A DNA stretch of 64,000 bases from an uncultured Gemmatimonadales bacterium (GCA_963850905.1 CAWKMU010000003.1:2144001-2208000), one strand, 5' to 3'. Shown: positions 38,511-48,793, numbered from the stretch's first letter. The notes: generated by a model not told the origin, from the letters alone. Translations and numbers: made by a program.

Positions 38511-40220
38511 ATGCGCAACCTTCGTCGAACACTCCTTGCGTGCGTGTGTGCGGCCCTCGCTACGGGCTGCGCGACGTCGCTCTACGCGCAGGCGCGCCAC
38601 TACGATGTCCTCATTACCGGCGGACGGGTCGTCGACGGCACCGGCGCACCCTGGGTGCGGGCCGACGTCGCGATCGTCGGCGACCGGATCGCGGCGATCG
38701 GGGACCTGCACGATGCCACAGCCGACAGGCGGATCGATGCCACGGGGTTGGTCGTGGCCCCGGGCTTCATCGATCTGCAAGGGCAGTCGGAGTTCAACCT
38801 CCTCGTTGACAATCGTGCGGCCAGCAAGATTACGCAGGGTGTGACCACCGAGATCACCGGTGAGGGGACCTCGATCGCACCGGCGAACGACCGGATGCTG
38901 CAGGACCGGGCGGACGAGGCCAAGAAATACGGCGTGCCGCTGGACTGGCACACATTGGCGGAATATCTCCGGCACCTCGAGCGTGCCAAACCGGCGATCA
39001 ACCTGGGGACGTTCGTCGGAGAGGGGACGATTCGCGACTACGTCATCGGCAAGTACAACCGCCCCGCGACCCCCGTGGAGCTCGATCAGATGCGGAAGCT
39101 GGTGGCGCAGGCGATGGAGGAGGGCGCCTTCGGCTTGAGCACCGCGTTGCAGTATGTCCCGGATCAGTACGCGTCCACGGATGAAATCGTCGAGCTGGCC
39201 AAGGTCGCGCGCCGGTACGGCGGCGTGTACTTCACGCATCAGCGCTCCGAAGGTGACCGCATTTTCCCCTCGTTGGATGAGGTGTTCACGATCGGAGAGC
39301 GGAGCGGCATCTCCGCCACGATCTGGCACTTGAAAACCGCCTACAGCGAGAATTGGGGCAAGATGCCCGAGGTCCTGCATCGCATCGCCGACGCCCGCGC
39401 GCGCGGTATCGACGTCGCCGCGACTGTGTACCCCTACGCCCGTGCGTCGAACGGCCTCACCGCGTGCTTCCCGCCGTGGGTTTCCGAAGGCGGCACCGAC
39501 AAGCTGCTCGAGCGGCTCAAGGATCCGGCACAACGCGCACGCGCGAAGGAGGAGATGGATGCGACCGGGACGACGTGGGAAAATGAGTGGCGTGGCTCCG
39601 GCGGGCCTGATGGCGTGCAGTTGATCGAGGTCGTGAACCCCGCGCTCGCGAAGTACGAGGGCATGACATTGACCGAGATCGGTCGCGCAATGGGTAAGGA
39701 TCCCAGAGATGCCGCCATGGATCTTGCCATCGCCGACCATGGCGAGAGCCAGGTCGTGATCTCCATCATGGACGAGTCGGACGTGCGAGCGGCCGTGTCA
39801 GACCCGATGGTCAGTTATGGGTCGGACTCGCCCGCGCAAGCCGAGGATGGCCCGCTGAGCAAGACCAAAGCGCACCCGCGAGCCTTTGGCACCTTTCCGC
39901 GGATCCTCGCGAAGTACGTACGTGAGGAGCACACGATGCGGCTGGAGGAAGCGGTTCGAAAGATGACGTCGCAGGCTGCGAGCAGAGTGGGGATCACGGA
40001 TCGCGGCACGCTCCGGATAGGGATGATGGCCAATGTTACGGTGTTCGATCCCGCAACCATCCGAGACGTTGCGACATATCAGGACCCGCTCCACTACTCG
40101 GTCGGCGTCAAGGACGTGTTGGTGAACGGCCGCCCGGTCGTCTTGGACGGGGCGATCACAGCCGAGCGGCCGGGACGGGCGCTTCGTGGATCAGCCTATA
40201 AGGCCGTAGCTGCCCGGTAG
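38511..40220 (+). CDS. N-acyl-D-amino-acid deacylase (D-aminoacylase) family, exported
   Basis: GGRVVDGTG, APGFID, QGVTTEITGEG, THQRSE, IWHLK, GSD, HPRAFGTFPR, ERPGR. Confidence 0.9.
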   Translation: MRNLRRTLLACVCAALATGCATSLYAQARHYDVLITGGRVVDGTGAPWVRADVAIVGDRIAAIGDLHDATADRRIDATGLVVAPGFIDLQGQSEFNLLVDNRAASKITQGVTTEITGEGTSIAPANDRMLQDRADEAKKYGVPLDWHTLAEYLRHLERAKPAINLGTFVGEGTIRDYVIGKYNRPATPVELDQMRKLVAQAMEEGAFGLSTALQYVPDQYASTDEIVELAKVARRYGGVYFTHQRSEGDRIFPSLDEVFTIGERSGISATIWHLKTAYSENWGKMPEVLHRIADARARGIDVAATVYPYARASNGLTACFPPWVSEGGTDKLLERLKDPAQRARAKEEMDATGTTWENEWRGSGGPDGVQLIEVVNPALAKYEGMTLTEIGRAMGKDPRDAAMDLAIADHGESQVVISIMDESDVRAAVSDPMVSYGSDSPAQAEDGPLSKTKAHPRAFGTFPRILAKYVREEHTMRLEEAVRKMTSQAASRVGITDRGTLRIGMMANVTVFDPATIRDVATYQDPLHYSVGVKDVLVNGRPVVLDGAITAERPGRALRGSAYKAVAAR

Positions 40221-40225
40221 CGGTC

Positions 40226-41116
40226 TCAGCGTCGGGCGACGCGCATCGGAGGAGCGGGCACCTGCAGTGCGGGGGCGGGGTACGACCGCTCCTTGTGGAG
40301 CTCCGCCGCCAACTGACCGCCGGCGATCACAGCCAGCATGGAGAGGTACATCCAGGTCAGCAGGACGATGACCGCGCCGATCGCCCCATAGGTCTCGTTG
40401 TACTTCGTGAAGTGCTGGACGTACACTCGGAAGCCGACGGTCACGAGCAACCAGAGCGCGGTGGCGACGCCGGATCCTATGAACGCCTCGCTCCATGCGA
40501 GACGTACGCTCGGCAGGAATCGGAACACCGTCGCCCCGAGTGCGACCACGATCACGATCACCACGGCCGTTTGGGTGACCAACCACGCGACGCGTGTGCC
40601 GTTTCCGAGGCCAGCCATGTCGCCGACGGCGTTGACGATGGGTTGCCCGAACACCAACGCCGCCGTCGCGACGCCCGTCGTGACCGCCGCGACGAGGACG
40701 AATCCCATCGAGAGCAGGAAGATCTGCCAGTACGGCCTTTTTTCATGCACGCTCGCCGCCCGGTTGAGCGCATCGGCCAGGGCGACAAACACGTTCGATC
40801 CGGCCCAGAGTGCCAGCACCGCTCCGACGGAAAGCAGCCCGGGCGCGCTGCCCACGAATACCACGTCATGCAGCACGTGCTCGATAACGGCCATCGCGTC
40901 GCCCGGTGCGGCGGGCGCAATGGTGTTCAGAAGCAGCTGAAACGTTTGCTCGCGGTCGCCGACCAGGCTCAGGATTGACGCCGTGAACAGCAGGATCGGA
41001 AAGAGGGAATAAAAGCACCAGTACGCCGTCTGCGCGGCGAGCGCGAGGACGTCGTTCGCCCACAGGTCTTGCAACGTCCGCCAGACGAGCGTGTGGACTT
41101 GGCGAAAGCGATACAC
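40226..41116 (-). CDS. YihY/virulence factor BrkB family membrane protein
   Basis: LAAQTAYWCFYSLFP, LADALNRA, YNETYGAIGAVIVLLTWMYLS. Confidence 0.9.
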   Translation of the reverse strand: MYRFRQVHTLVWRTLQDLWANDVLALAAQTAYWCFYSLFPILLFTASILSLVGDREQTFQLLLNTIAPAAPGDAMAVIEHVLHDVVFVGSAPGLLSVGAVLALWAGSNVFVALADALNRAASVHEKRPYWQIFLLSMGFVLVAAVTTGVATAALVFGQPIVNAVGDMAGLGNGTRVAWLVTQTAVVIVIVVALGATVFRFLPSVRLAWSEAFIGSGVATALWLLVTVGFRVYVQHFTKYNETYGAIGAVIVLLTWMYLSMLAVIAGGQLAAELHKERSYPAPALQVPAPPMRVARR

Positions 41117-41232
41117 CGTGTTCAGCCGCAGAGGATGCTTTCCGCGCAACGGGCATGCCGCTAAACTGTCTCGGCGCCACCTTCCGCAGCTTCGAGCATC
41201 GGATCCTGCCGGAGCGATTCCCTGAGCCATCC

Positions 41233-42702
41233 ATGAAAACTGCGAGTGCGCTCTGCTGCGCCACCCTGCTGTTCCTGGGAGTCGGTCATCCTGGGCCCTC
41301 TCGTGTTGCCACAGCCCTCGCGCGCCGATCGTACGTTCGCAGGCCACCGCGGGTAAGGGATACCACCGCAGCCAGCCGCGACTGGCCACAGTTCGGGTGG
41401 GACGCCGCTCGGTCGAGTGCGTCGACGGCCCCGACGGGGATTACCGCCGCCAACGTGGCTTCGTTGCGTCGGCAGCAAGTGACGGTCGATGGCACCGTCG
41501 ACGCCTCGGCGATCTACCTGGCAGGGGTGCAAGTGAAGGGTGGGGCTCACGATGTCGCGTTCGTGACCACGACGTTTGGTAAGACGCTCGCTATCGATGC
41601 CAACCACGGGTCCGTGCTCTGGGAGTTCACCCCGGCTGGGTTCGCCTCATGGGCTGGGAGCGCGCGCATCACGAACTCCACGCCAATCGCCGACCCGAAC
41701 CGACTGTTCATCTACGCGGCATCGCCCGACGGCCACGTGCAGAAGCTGGCGGTCGCCGACGGCCACGCGGTGTGGAGCACGCCAATCACACTCCTGGCTG
41801 ACCGCGAGAAGATTGCCTCGCCACTCAGTCTCGTCGGAGGGAGAGTCATCGCCGTGACCGGTGGTTACATCGGTGACGCGCCGCCATATCAGGGACACGT
41901 GGCCATCCTCGACGCAGCAACAGGACAGCTGCTTCACGTATGGAATTCCCTCTGCAGCGACCGGCTCGGCCTCATCCAACCGGCCTCATGCGCGCAGAGC
42001 GGGTCTGCGATCTGGGGGCGTGCCGGTGCCGTCGTCGACTCGACCGGAGAAATTCTCGTCGCGACTGGTAACGGCCATTGGGATGGCCAGACCAACTGGG
42101 GCGACGCCACGCTCGTGCTCGACGCCGACGCGACGCGTCTCGTCGCCAACGAGACGCCCACAAACACCGAGGCGCTCGACGAGACCGATCTTGATGTCGG
42201 GTCGACGTCACCCGTCATCCTCGGCGGCGGTTATGTCGCGCAGGGTGGCAAAGACGGCCAGATCCGCCTCCTGGCGCTGACGCAGATCGCAGGTGCCTCA
42301 CCGCACCGCGGCGTGGAGGTCGAATCCGTGCCCACGCCATCCCGGGCTGGTCTCTTCTCCGCTCCGGCGGTACTCCGCGCGAAGGACGCGACCTGGCTCT
42401 TTGTTGCCGACCGCGCCGGGACGGCGGCGTGGACGTTTGCCGGAGGCCGGCTGCAATCCGCCTGGTCGAATCGGAATCCTGGCACCAGCCCCGTCGCGGC
42501 TGGCGGGCTGCTGTACGTATATGACCCCGGCGGTTTGCTGCGCGTCTACGAGCCCGAAAGCGGGCGAGTTGTGGCGGAGCTCCCGTGTGGTGCTGGACAC
42601 TGGAGCAGTCCCATCGTGATCGACGGGAAGATCATCCTGCCGGAGGGCAACGCGAACCGGCACGAAACGCAGGGGATCGTCAACATCTGGCGGGTACCGT
42701 GA
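41233..42702 (+). CDS. PQQ-like beta-propeller repeat protein, secreted
   Basis: DWPQFGWD, AIDANHGSVLW, AIWGRAG, ATGNG, DLDVGSTSP, QGGKDG. Confidence 0.82.
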   Translation: MKTASALCCATLLFLGVGHPGPSRVATALARRSYVRRPPRVRDTTAASRDWPQFGWDAARSSASTAPTGITAANVASLRRQQVTVDGTVDASAIYLAGVQVKGGAHDVAFVTTTFGKTLAIDANHGSVLWEFTPAGFASWAGSARITNSTPIADPNRLFIYAASPDGHVQKLAVADGHAVWSTPITLLADREKIASPLSLVGGRVIAVTGGYIGDAPPYQGHVAILDAATGQLLHVWNSLCSDRLGLIQPASCAQSGSAIWGRAGAVVDSTGEILVATGNGHWDGQTNWGDATLVLDADATRLVANETPTNTEALDETDLDVGSTSPVILGGGYVAQGGKDGQIRLLALTQIAGASPHRGVEVESVPTPSRAGLFSAPAVLRAKDATWLFVADRAGTAAWTFAGGRLQSAWSNRNPGTSPVAAGGLLYVYDPGGLLRVYEPESGRVVAELPCGAGHWSSPIVIDGKIILPEGNANRHETQGIVNIWRVP

Positions 42703-42748
42703 CCAGGGGCAGGAACGGCGAGACTCGAGACCGCACGGCGGCGCGTCT

Positions 42749-43981
42749 TTGAGCGGCACGGTCACGGTGCAGCCGGCCCGCGAGGACGCGCCACCAACTC
42801 CCGCGAGCCGCACGAACTTCTCCATCCTCGCGGCGATCAGCGCCAGTCACTTTCTGAACGACATGGTCCAGTCGTTGATCCCCGCCATCTATCCACTGCT
42901 GCAGGCGGCGTATCATCTGGCGTTGTGGAAAGTGGGGTTGATCACGTTCACGAACCAGGCGACCGCGTCGCTGCTGCAACCGCTCGTCGGGCACTACACC
43001 GATCGCAGACCAATGCCGTATTCGCTGCTCATCGGCATGGTGTTCACGCTCGTCGGCATCATGCTGCTCGCAGGCGCGCCGACCTATCTGTTCCTGCTCC
43101 TGGCGGTTGCGCTCGTCGGCGTCGGCTCAGCTGTGTTCCACCCAGAGTCTTCGCGCGTCGCGCGTCTGGCGTCCGGCGGACAACATGGACTTGCCCAGTC
43201 GCTGTTTCAGGTCGGAGGCAACGCCGGCGCGTCGCTGGGCCCTCTCCTTGTCGCGTTCATCGTATTGCCATATGGACAACGGAGTGTCGCGTGGTTCTCG
43301 CTCGCGGTACTCCTCGCGATCGCGCTGCTGTCGATCGTCGGACGCTGGTACAAACGGCGCCAGCAGCGGGCCGACCGTGTGCGGCGGGATCTCGGCACGA
43401 CGCGTCCGCTGCTCCCGCGCCGGCGCGTGGCCAGTGCCCTTGCGGTTCTCATCGCGCTCGTCTTCTCGAAGTACGTCTATCTTGTCAGCCTGACCACCTA
43501 CTACACCTTCTTTCTTCGCAGCAAGTTCAACGTCTCCGTCGAGAGCGCGGAATTCTACCTCTTCGCGTTCCTCGCCGCGGTCGCGGCAGGCACCTTCATC
43601 GGCGGGCCCGTCGGGGATCGAGTCGGACGCAAGTATGTCATTTGGGCGTCGATCCTCGGCGTTCTGCCGTTCACGCTCATCCTGCCGCATGCCAATCTGT
43701 TCTGGACTGGCGTGCTGAGCGTCGTCATTGGCCTCGTCCTGGCCTCGGCGTTTTCGGCAATTCTGGTCTACGCGCAGGAGCTGGTTCCGGGACGAGTCGG
43801 GATGATATCGGGACTCTTTTTCGGCCTGGCGTTCGGTATCGCTGGCCTTGGCGCGGTCCTGCTCGGGGTTCTCGCCGGTCATACCAGCCTGTCGTTCGTG
43901 TATCAGCTCTGTGCCTTCTTGCCTGCCATCGGCCTGCTGGCCGCGTGGCTCCCGGATCTCGACCGCTTGTCGAACGCCTAG
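42749..43981 (+). CDS. fsr: MFS transporter, fosmidomycin resistance (Fsr) family
   Basis: SHFLNDMVQSLIPAIYP, FHPESSRVARLASGGQHGLAQSLFQVGGNAG, SAFSAILVYAQELVPG. Confidence 0.92.
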   Translation: MSGTVTVQPAREDAPPTPASRTNFSILAAISASHFLNDMVQSLIPAIYPLLQAAYHLALWKVGLITFTNQATASLLQPLVGHYTDRRPMPYSLLIGMVFTLVGIMLLAGAPTYLFLLLAVALVGVGSAVFHPESSRVARLASGGQHGLAQSLFQVGGNAGASLGPLLVAFIVLPYGQRSVAWFSLAVLLAIALLSIVGRWYKRRQQRADRVRRDLGTTRPLLPRRRVASALAVLIALVFSKYVYLVSLTTYYTFFLRSKFNVSVESAEFYLFAFLAAVAAGTFIGGPVGDRVGRKYVIWASILGVLPFTLILPHANLFWTGVLSVVIGLVLASAFSAILVYAQELVPGRVGMISGLFFGLAFGIAGLGAVLLGVLAGHTSLSFVYQLCAFLPAIGLLAAWLPDLDRLSNA

Positions 43982-44736
43982 GCGGGCGCGAGGCGGGCCG
44001 CTGTCGCGCCGGACAGCCGTAGACCGGCGTACAAGACGGCGACGGCGGCGACCGCGATGATGAGCTCCGTGTGCAGCGCGAGCAAGTGTCGATTGAGTAC
44101 CACAGCCGCGGCATCGAATACGGTATGAGTGACGATCGCGACCAGAAGCCACACGCGGTCGCCCCTGGCGAAAACCTGTAACACGATCAGTGAAAGCCCG
44201 ACGTGCAGCGCGACGGCGCTGGCTCGTTCGAGGACCGCGAGTTGCACGCCCCATGCCCCGAGTGCCTCGAGCTGCTGCTGGATGGCCTGAGTCCCGGGCC
44301 CGGGGGCGACATGTCCCTGCGCCGCAAGCGCCCACGCGGCGAGCAACCCCACCATGGGGAGACCGACGAGCAAGATCGATTCGCACCCGCCATGACCAAG
44401 GCCGTACATCACCGCGACGGGCTGCGTCCGCTGGGTGCGCAAGACCGTGCGGTATCCGACCCATCGGCCAACCTCTTCGAACACCCCCGCGGTACACGCC
44501 GAAAACATGACGAACCACATGCTCCATGATGGGTGGGCCGAGTGGATCCATCGACCGAGCGGAAACTGCCAGACCCGCAGAATCAAAGCGACCGCGAAGA
44601 CGACCATGCCCCACCCGAACGCACCGCTCGCCACCCCCGTACGTTGCCGCCACAGAATCCCGAGCACGAAGGGGCCCAAGAGACACACGATGGCGGCGAG
44701 CGCGATACTGAGAGCGATGATCGGGTCGAATCGCAT
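43978..44736 (-). CDS. YhfC family intramembrane glutamic/metallo-protease (PrsW-related)
   Basis: AGVFEEVGR, GLGHGGCES, LERASAVALHVGLS, AIVTHTVFD. Confidence 0.85.
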   Translation of the reverse strand: MRFDPIIALSIALAAIVCLLGPFVLGILWRQRTGVASGAFGWGMVVFAVALILRVWQFPLGRWIHSAHPSWSMWFVMFSACTAGVFEEVGRWVGYRTVLRTQRTQPVAVMYGLGHGGCESILLVGLPMVGLLAAWALAAQGHVAPGPGTQAIQQQLEALGAWGVQLAVLERASAVALHVGLSLIVLQVFARGDRVWLLVAIVTHTVFDAAAVVLNRHLLALHTELIIAVAAVAVLYAGLRLSGATAARLAPA

Positions 44737-44929
44737 GAAGGGACGACGTCCGCCCGGCGGTCGGCGTCACTGGCGCCGGCGACGCGGCCACCGCCTCTCA
44801 TGCGGATCCGAGCCGCGGCAACTGGATTCGCGGCGCCCGCCAGGTAGTATTGCACCGAGCGCCCGCACCGGCGGGTTCGCAGCGGCGCAGACCAGACGAT
44901 TGGGAATGGACAACGACCGAGGAGCACAC

Positions 44930-45874
44930 ATGGACGTCAGTCGATCGGGTCGCATGGCAGGCCTCGTGTCCGCGGCCGCGTTCGCGTGCGTCACATTGGG
45001 GGTGGGCATCCCCCACGCACCTGAAAGGTCCGTCCTGCGGTCGGACATGGCGGCGCGCGAGGTCCCTGCGGCGGCGAGCTACGAGATCTATGGCGTGCGG
45101 TTCGCCGGGTACCACGCGTTTCCAGTCTCGGACCTCGTCCTCGGCGCCGACACGACTCGCCGGACCGACCTGGCTTTCATTGTTTGGGTGCTGAAGCCGG
45201 CCGGCGCGTCGACGGCCACGCCGTCGGGCACCTCACACGTCGTGCTGTTCGACGCGGGCTTCTACCGCAACGAGTTCCTGTCGCAATGGAAGCCCTTTGA
45301 CTTCGTGAAGCCGTCCGTTGCAATCGAAAAGGTAGGAATCCACGCGGCGGATGTCACCGACATCATCATCTCCCATATCCATTGGGATCATGTGGACGGC
45401 GCCGATCTGTTCCCGCGCGCCCGGGTGTGGCTGCAGCGGGCTGAATACGAGCACTACGTCGGCGCCGATGGGAAGGCGCTCGCCCGCGGGATCGACACCG
45501 CCAATGCCGCGATGCTCGCTCGGCTGCAGCGCCAAGGACGCATCGGCTTGATCGATGGGGACGCGAAGATGGTCGTTCCGGGGATCATCGCCTATACGGG
45601 CGGCCGCCACACCTACGCGTCCGAGTACATCACGGTGCAGGCGCCCCACGGGACTGTCGTGCTCGCCTCCGACAATGTCTACACGTACGAGAACCTGGAA
45701 AAGCACCTTCCCATCGCGGCGACGTTCACGCCAGCAGACAGTACATCCAATCGGCAGGCACAAGACCGGATGCATCAGCTCGCAAGCGACCCGCGATTCA
45801 TTCTTCCCGGGCACGATCCGGCGATCTTTATCCGATTCCCAACGCCGGGGAACGGCGTCGCGTTGATTCAGTAG
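44930..45874 (+). CDS. N-acyl homoserine lactonase-like MBL-fold hydrolase, probably exported
   Basis: SD GAGGAG; LFDAGF, SHIHWDHVDG, GRHT, LASD, PGHDP. Confidence 0.88.
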   Translation: MDVSRSGRMAGLVSAAAFACVTLGVGIPHAPERSVLRSDMAAREVPAAASYEIYGVRFAGYHAFPVSDLVLGADTTRRTDLAFIVWVLKPAGASTATPSGTSHVVLFDAGFYRNEFLSQWKPFDFVKPSVAIEKVGIHAADVTDIIISHIHWDHVDGADLFPRARVWLQRAEYEHYVGADGKALARGIDTANAAMLARLQRQGRIGLIDGDAKMVVPGIIAYTGGRHTYASEYITVQAPHGTVVLASDNVYTYENLEKHLPIAATFTPADSTSNRQAQDRMHQLASDPRFILPGHDPAIFIRFPTPGNGVALIQ

Positions 45875-45896
45875 CGATCGTGAGGGCCTCTCTTCA

Positions 45897-46628
45897 GTGC
45901 TCGGAACCGTCATGGATATGCAGATCGCAGCTCGCCTTTCCTCCAGTCCCTGGACCGCAATTCCGCTCCTCTTCGGCGCGGGGGTGCTGACGAGCCTCAC
46001 GCCGTGCATCTACCCCATGATCCCGATCACGGCAGCGGTGGTGGGAGGGAAGGCCGTCGGTCGCGGGGACGGCCGGTCCTGGTTTCGGCCGTTGGCGCTC
46101 AGTGTGACCTACGCGCTCGGACTCGCGGCGGTCTACGCCTCGCTGGGTGTCCTCGCCGGGCTGACGGGCACCTTGTTTGGGTCGGTCAGTTCGAACCCGT
46201 GGCTGTATTTCGCGATGGCCAACCTGCTGCTCCTTTTCAGCTTCGCCATGCTCGACGTCATTCCTGTCCGCGTGCCTGCGGCACTTCTCGGCCGGCTAAG
46301 CCAGGCGGGCAAGGGTGGTGACTTCGCGGGCGCTCTGGTCATGGGAGCGGCGTCGGGTCTCGTGGCGGCGCCGTGCTCCGCGCCGGTCATGGCGGCGGTG
46401 CTGACGTGGGTGGGCACGACGCGAAGCGCGGTCCTAGGTTTCGTGTACTTGTTCGTGTTCTCCCTCGGCATGTGCACGTTTCTGATCATCGCGGGCATCT
46501 CGAGCAGCGCGCTCGCTCGCCTGCCCCGAGCCGGGGAGTGGATGGTCTGGATCAAGCGTGGGTTCGCGCTCGTGATGCTCGGGATGGCGGAATACTACCT
46601 CATCCTCACAGGACAACAGCTGATTTGA
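45897..46628 (+). CDS. ccdA: CcdA / DsbD transmembrane electron transporter
   Basis: SLTPCIYPMIP and VAAPCSAP cysteine pair; LPRAGEWM..KR. Confidence 0.88.
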   Translation: MLGTVMDMQIAARLSSSPWTAIPLLFGAGVLTSLTPCIYPMIPITAAVVGGKAVGRGDGRSWFRPLALSVTYALGLAAVYASLGVLAGLTGTLFGSVSSNPWLYFAMANLLLLFSFAMLDVIPVRVPAALLGRLSQAGKGGDFAGALVMGAASGLVAAPCSAPVMAAVLTWVGTTRSAVLGFVYLFVFSLGMCTFLIIAGISSSALARLPRAGEWMVWIKRGFALVMLGMAEYYLILTGQQLI

Positions 46629-46633
46629 CACGT

Positions 46634-47146
46634 ATGACGATCCCCTTGTTTCGCATCGCAGTGGCTTTTCTCGTCCCAACGGCAGTCGTCGCGATGACCC
46701 CGTCGCGAGCGCGTGCGCAGGACGGAGGCATTGAGGTTGGGGCGCATGCACCCTCGGCTGCTGTCCGTACACTGGATGGCAAGACCGTCGACCTGTCGCA
46801 GCTCATCGGCCCGGGACCGGCAGTGATCGAGTTCTGGGCGGCGTGGTGTCCGAACTGCAAGGAGCTGGAGCCAGCGCTAACGGCGGCCCAGAGCAAATAT
46901 GGGAGCCAGGTCCGGTTCGTGACTGTCGCGGTGGCGATCAACGAGTCCATGGAGCGCGTCCAGAAGCACGTCGCGGCCCACAAGATCCCGGGAACCGTCG
47001 TGTACGACGCTCAAGGCAATGCCGCGGGCGCGTACGACGCGCCCGCCACGTCCTACGTCGTCGTCATCGACCGGACAGGCCGTGTGGCCTATACGGGAGT
47101 CGGCGGCACGCAGGACGTGGACGCGGCGATAAAAAAGGTGCTATGA
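46634..47146 (+). CDS. TlpA-family periplasmic thiol-disulfide reductase
   Basis: Signal peptide ..ARA|Q; EFWAAWCPNCKE; PATSYVVVIDRTGRV. Confidence 0.88.
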   Translation: MTIPLFRIAVAFLVPTAVVAMTPSRARAQDGGIEVGAHAPSAAVRTLDGKTVDLSQLIGPGPAVIEFWAAWCPNCKELEPALTAAQSKYGSQVRFVTVAVAINESMERVQKHVAAHKIPGTVVYDAQGNAAGAYDAPATSYVVVIDRTGRVAYTGVGGTQDVDAAIKKVL

Positions 47147-47737
47147 CGTCGGCGCTGGCGTGACCTTGCTCACCGCGTCCGCCAGATCCGTGTAGGCCGC
47201 CGGCGACAGCACGTTGAATGGCTTCACGACGTGCGAGATCCGGCCGTCGGGTCCCACGACGAACAGGGACCGATTGTCCAGGTTGTTCTTGACGTCGAAT
47301 GCGCCGTAGGTCTTCCCGATCTTGCCAGCGCTGTCGCTCGCAAACACTACGGGGAAGTCGGCCTCACGCGCCCAGTTGGCCAGCGTGGTGTCCGGATCCA
47401 CGCTGATGCCAATGACTGTAACGTTACGTCCGTTGTGGAACAGCGTCGCGTACTGATCACGGTACGCGTCCATTTGGATCGTTCAGCCCTTGGTCCTGGC
47501 CTTGAAGAAGAACGCCAGCACGACTGTGCGGCCCTTATAGTCGCTGAGTCGAACGGGTGCCTTGAGCAGCCCGTACCGGGTGGCTCCGGGCAGCGTAAAG
47601 TCGGGCGCGACCGCGCCGACGCCAGGGCCCGCGGTATCTGCTTGCGCTTCCGCTGGCGAAGCCGACGCGACCATCGCGAGGGTGACACCCCCCGCCGCGA
47701 GGCTGACAACCCCCGCCCATCTCGACCAGGTCTTCAT
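47141..47737 (-). CDS. Selenocysteine-containing peroxiredoxin (BCP/AhpC-TSA family), exported, 198 aa, Sec85
   Basis: ORFs 47483-47737 and 47141-47473 are in the same frame, joined by one TGA exactly at the peroxidatic position: APDFTLP..VVLAFFFKARTKG-U-TIQM..GISVD..NRSLFVVGPDG. Confidence 0.88.
47447..47468 (-). promoter_or_regulatory. Putative bacterial SECIS hairpin
   Basis: mRNA CGCGUAC-CGUGAUCA-GUACGCG starting 14 nt after the UGA, with G at the second loop position. Confidence 0.65.
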
Positions 47738-47801
47738 GGAGGCACTCGCCGGTTGACGTGTGCGCCGAATCTAGCCAGGGGGACGCCAATGAGCCAGCGA
47801 C

Positions 47802-48793
47802 TCAACGCGTCGCTGGCCGTCCGAGCCGCGAGCGGCGTTTCGGTGAGCCTCCGGTCCCGTCGTCCCGTGCAGTAGTTGGCTGAGCCACCGCCGTGGAACG
47901 AGCGGCCGTGGGTTCATCGAGGAAACCGCCGAACGCACGGGCAGCCGCGCTCTCGCCGGCGGCGGTCAGGGAAAGCCGCATGAGCGGTCGTCGAATGGCG
48001 AGGCCTGTCACGTCGACCACCTGAAGTCGCCCGAGCGCGAGGGCATCCGCGGCCGCCGACCGTGACACGACCGCAAAGCCGAGTCCTGCCGCCACGAGCT
48101 GGATGATGGCTTCAGCGGTGTCGACTTCGAGCCGCCGTTTCGGGACCACCCCAACCTGGCGCAGGCCGCGCATCACCGTGCTGTAAGTTCCCGAGCCCGG
48201 CTCACGGGTCACGAGTAACTCGTGGACGAGCGCAGTCGGTGCGATGGGTGCGCGTCGGCACAACGGGTGCGTCGGCGCCGCTACTACGACCAGTCTCGTC
48301 CTCACCCCATACCGCCGAGCCCAGGCGCGGGTCCTCCACTGGCGTCTCGACGAGCGCCACGTCGACTTCCCGCTCGGCGAGGAGCCGCGCGATCGCGCGC
48401 GACGGCGCTGACGTGAGTCGCAGCTCGACACCCGGGTAGCGGCTGTGGAAGCGCTGCGAGCAGCGGTGGCAGCAGATAGGTCGCGATCGTCGGACTCCCG
48501 CCGACGCGCAGCGTGCCCTGCGTCAGTCCGGCCAGCGCATCCAGATCCTCCTCTGCCGCCCGCGCCTCGGCCATGATGTTGCGGGCGTGTGCCAGCAGGG
48601 CCTGCCCGGCCTCGGTGAGACGCACGCCCGAGGGTGTCCGCTCCAGCAGCGTCGCACCGATCTGTCGCTCCAGCTCGCGCACGGACCGCGACACCGACGG
48701 TTGCGACACGCCGAGGTCGGCTGCGGCCTGCGTGATGTTTTTGCGGTGCGCGATGGCGAGGAAAACGCGAATGAGCCGTAGATTGAATGGCAT
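47802..48793 (-). CDS. LysR family regulator, CysL-like (frameshifts near 48460 and 48295)
   Basis: HTH NITQAAADLGVSQPSVSRSVRELE..LTEAG; GTLRVGGSPTIATYLLP; C-terminal REPGSGT..EAIIQLVAAGLG. Confidence 0.88.

Noticed and set aside
42749..43981. Acquired antibiotic resistance island around fsr
   Set aside because: Fsr is a common chromosomal MFS; no mobility genes nearby.
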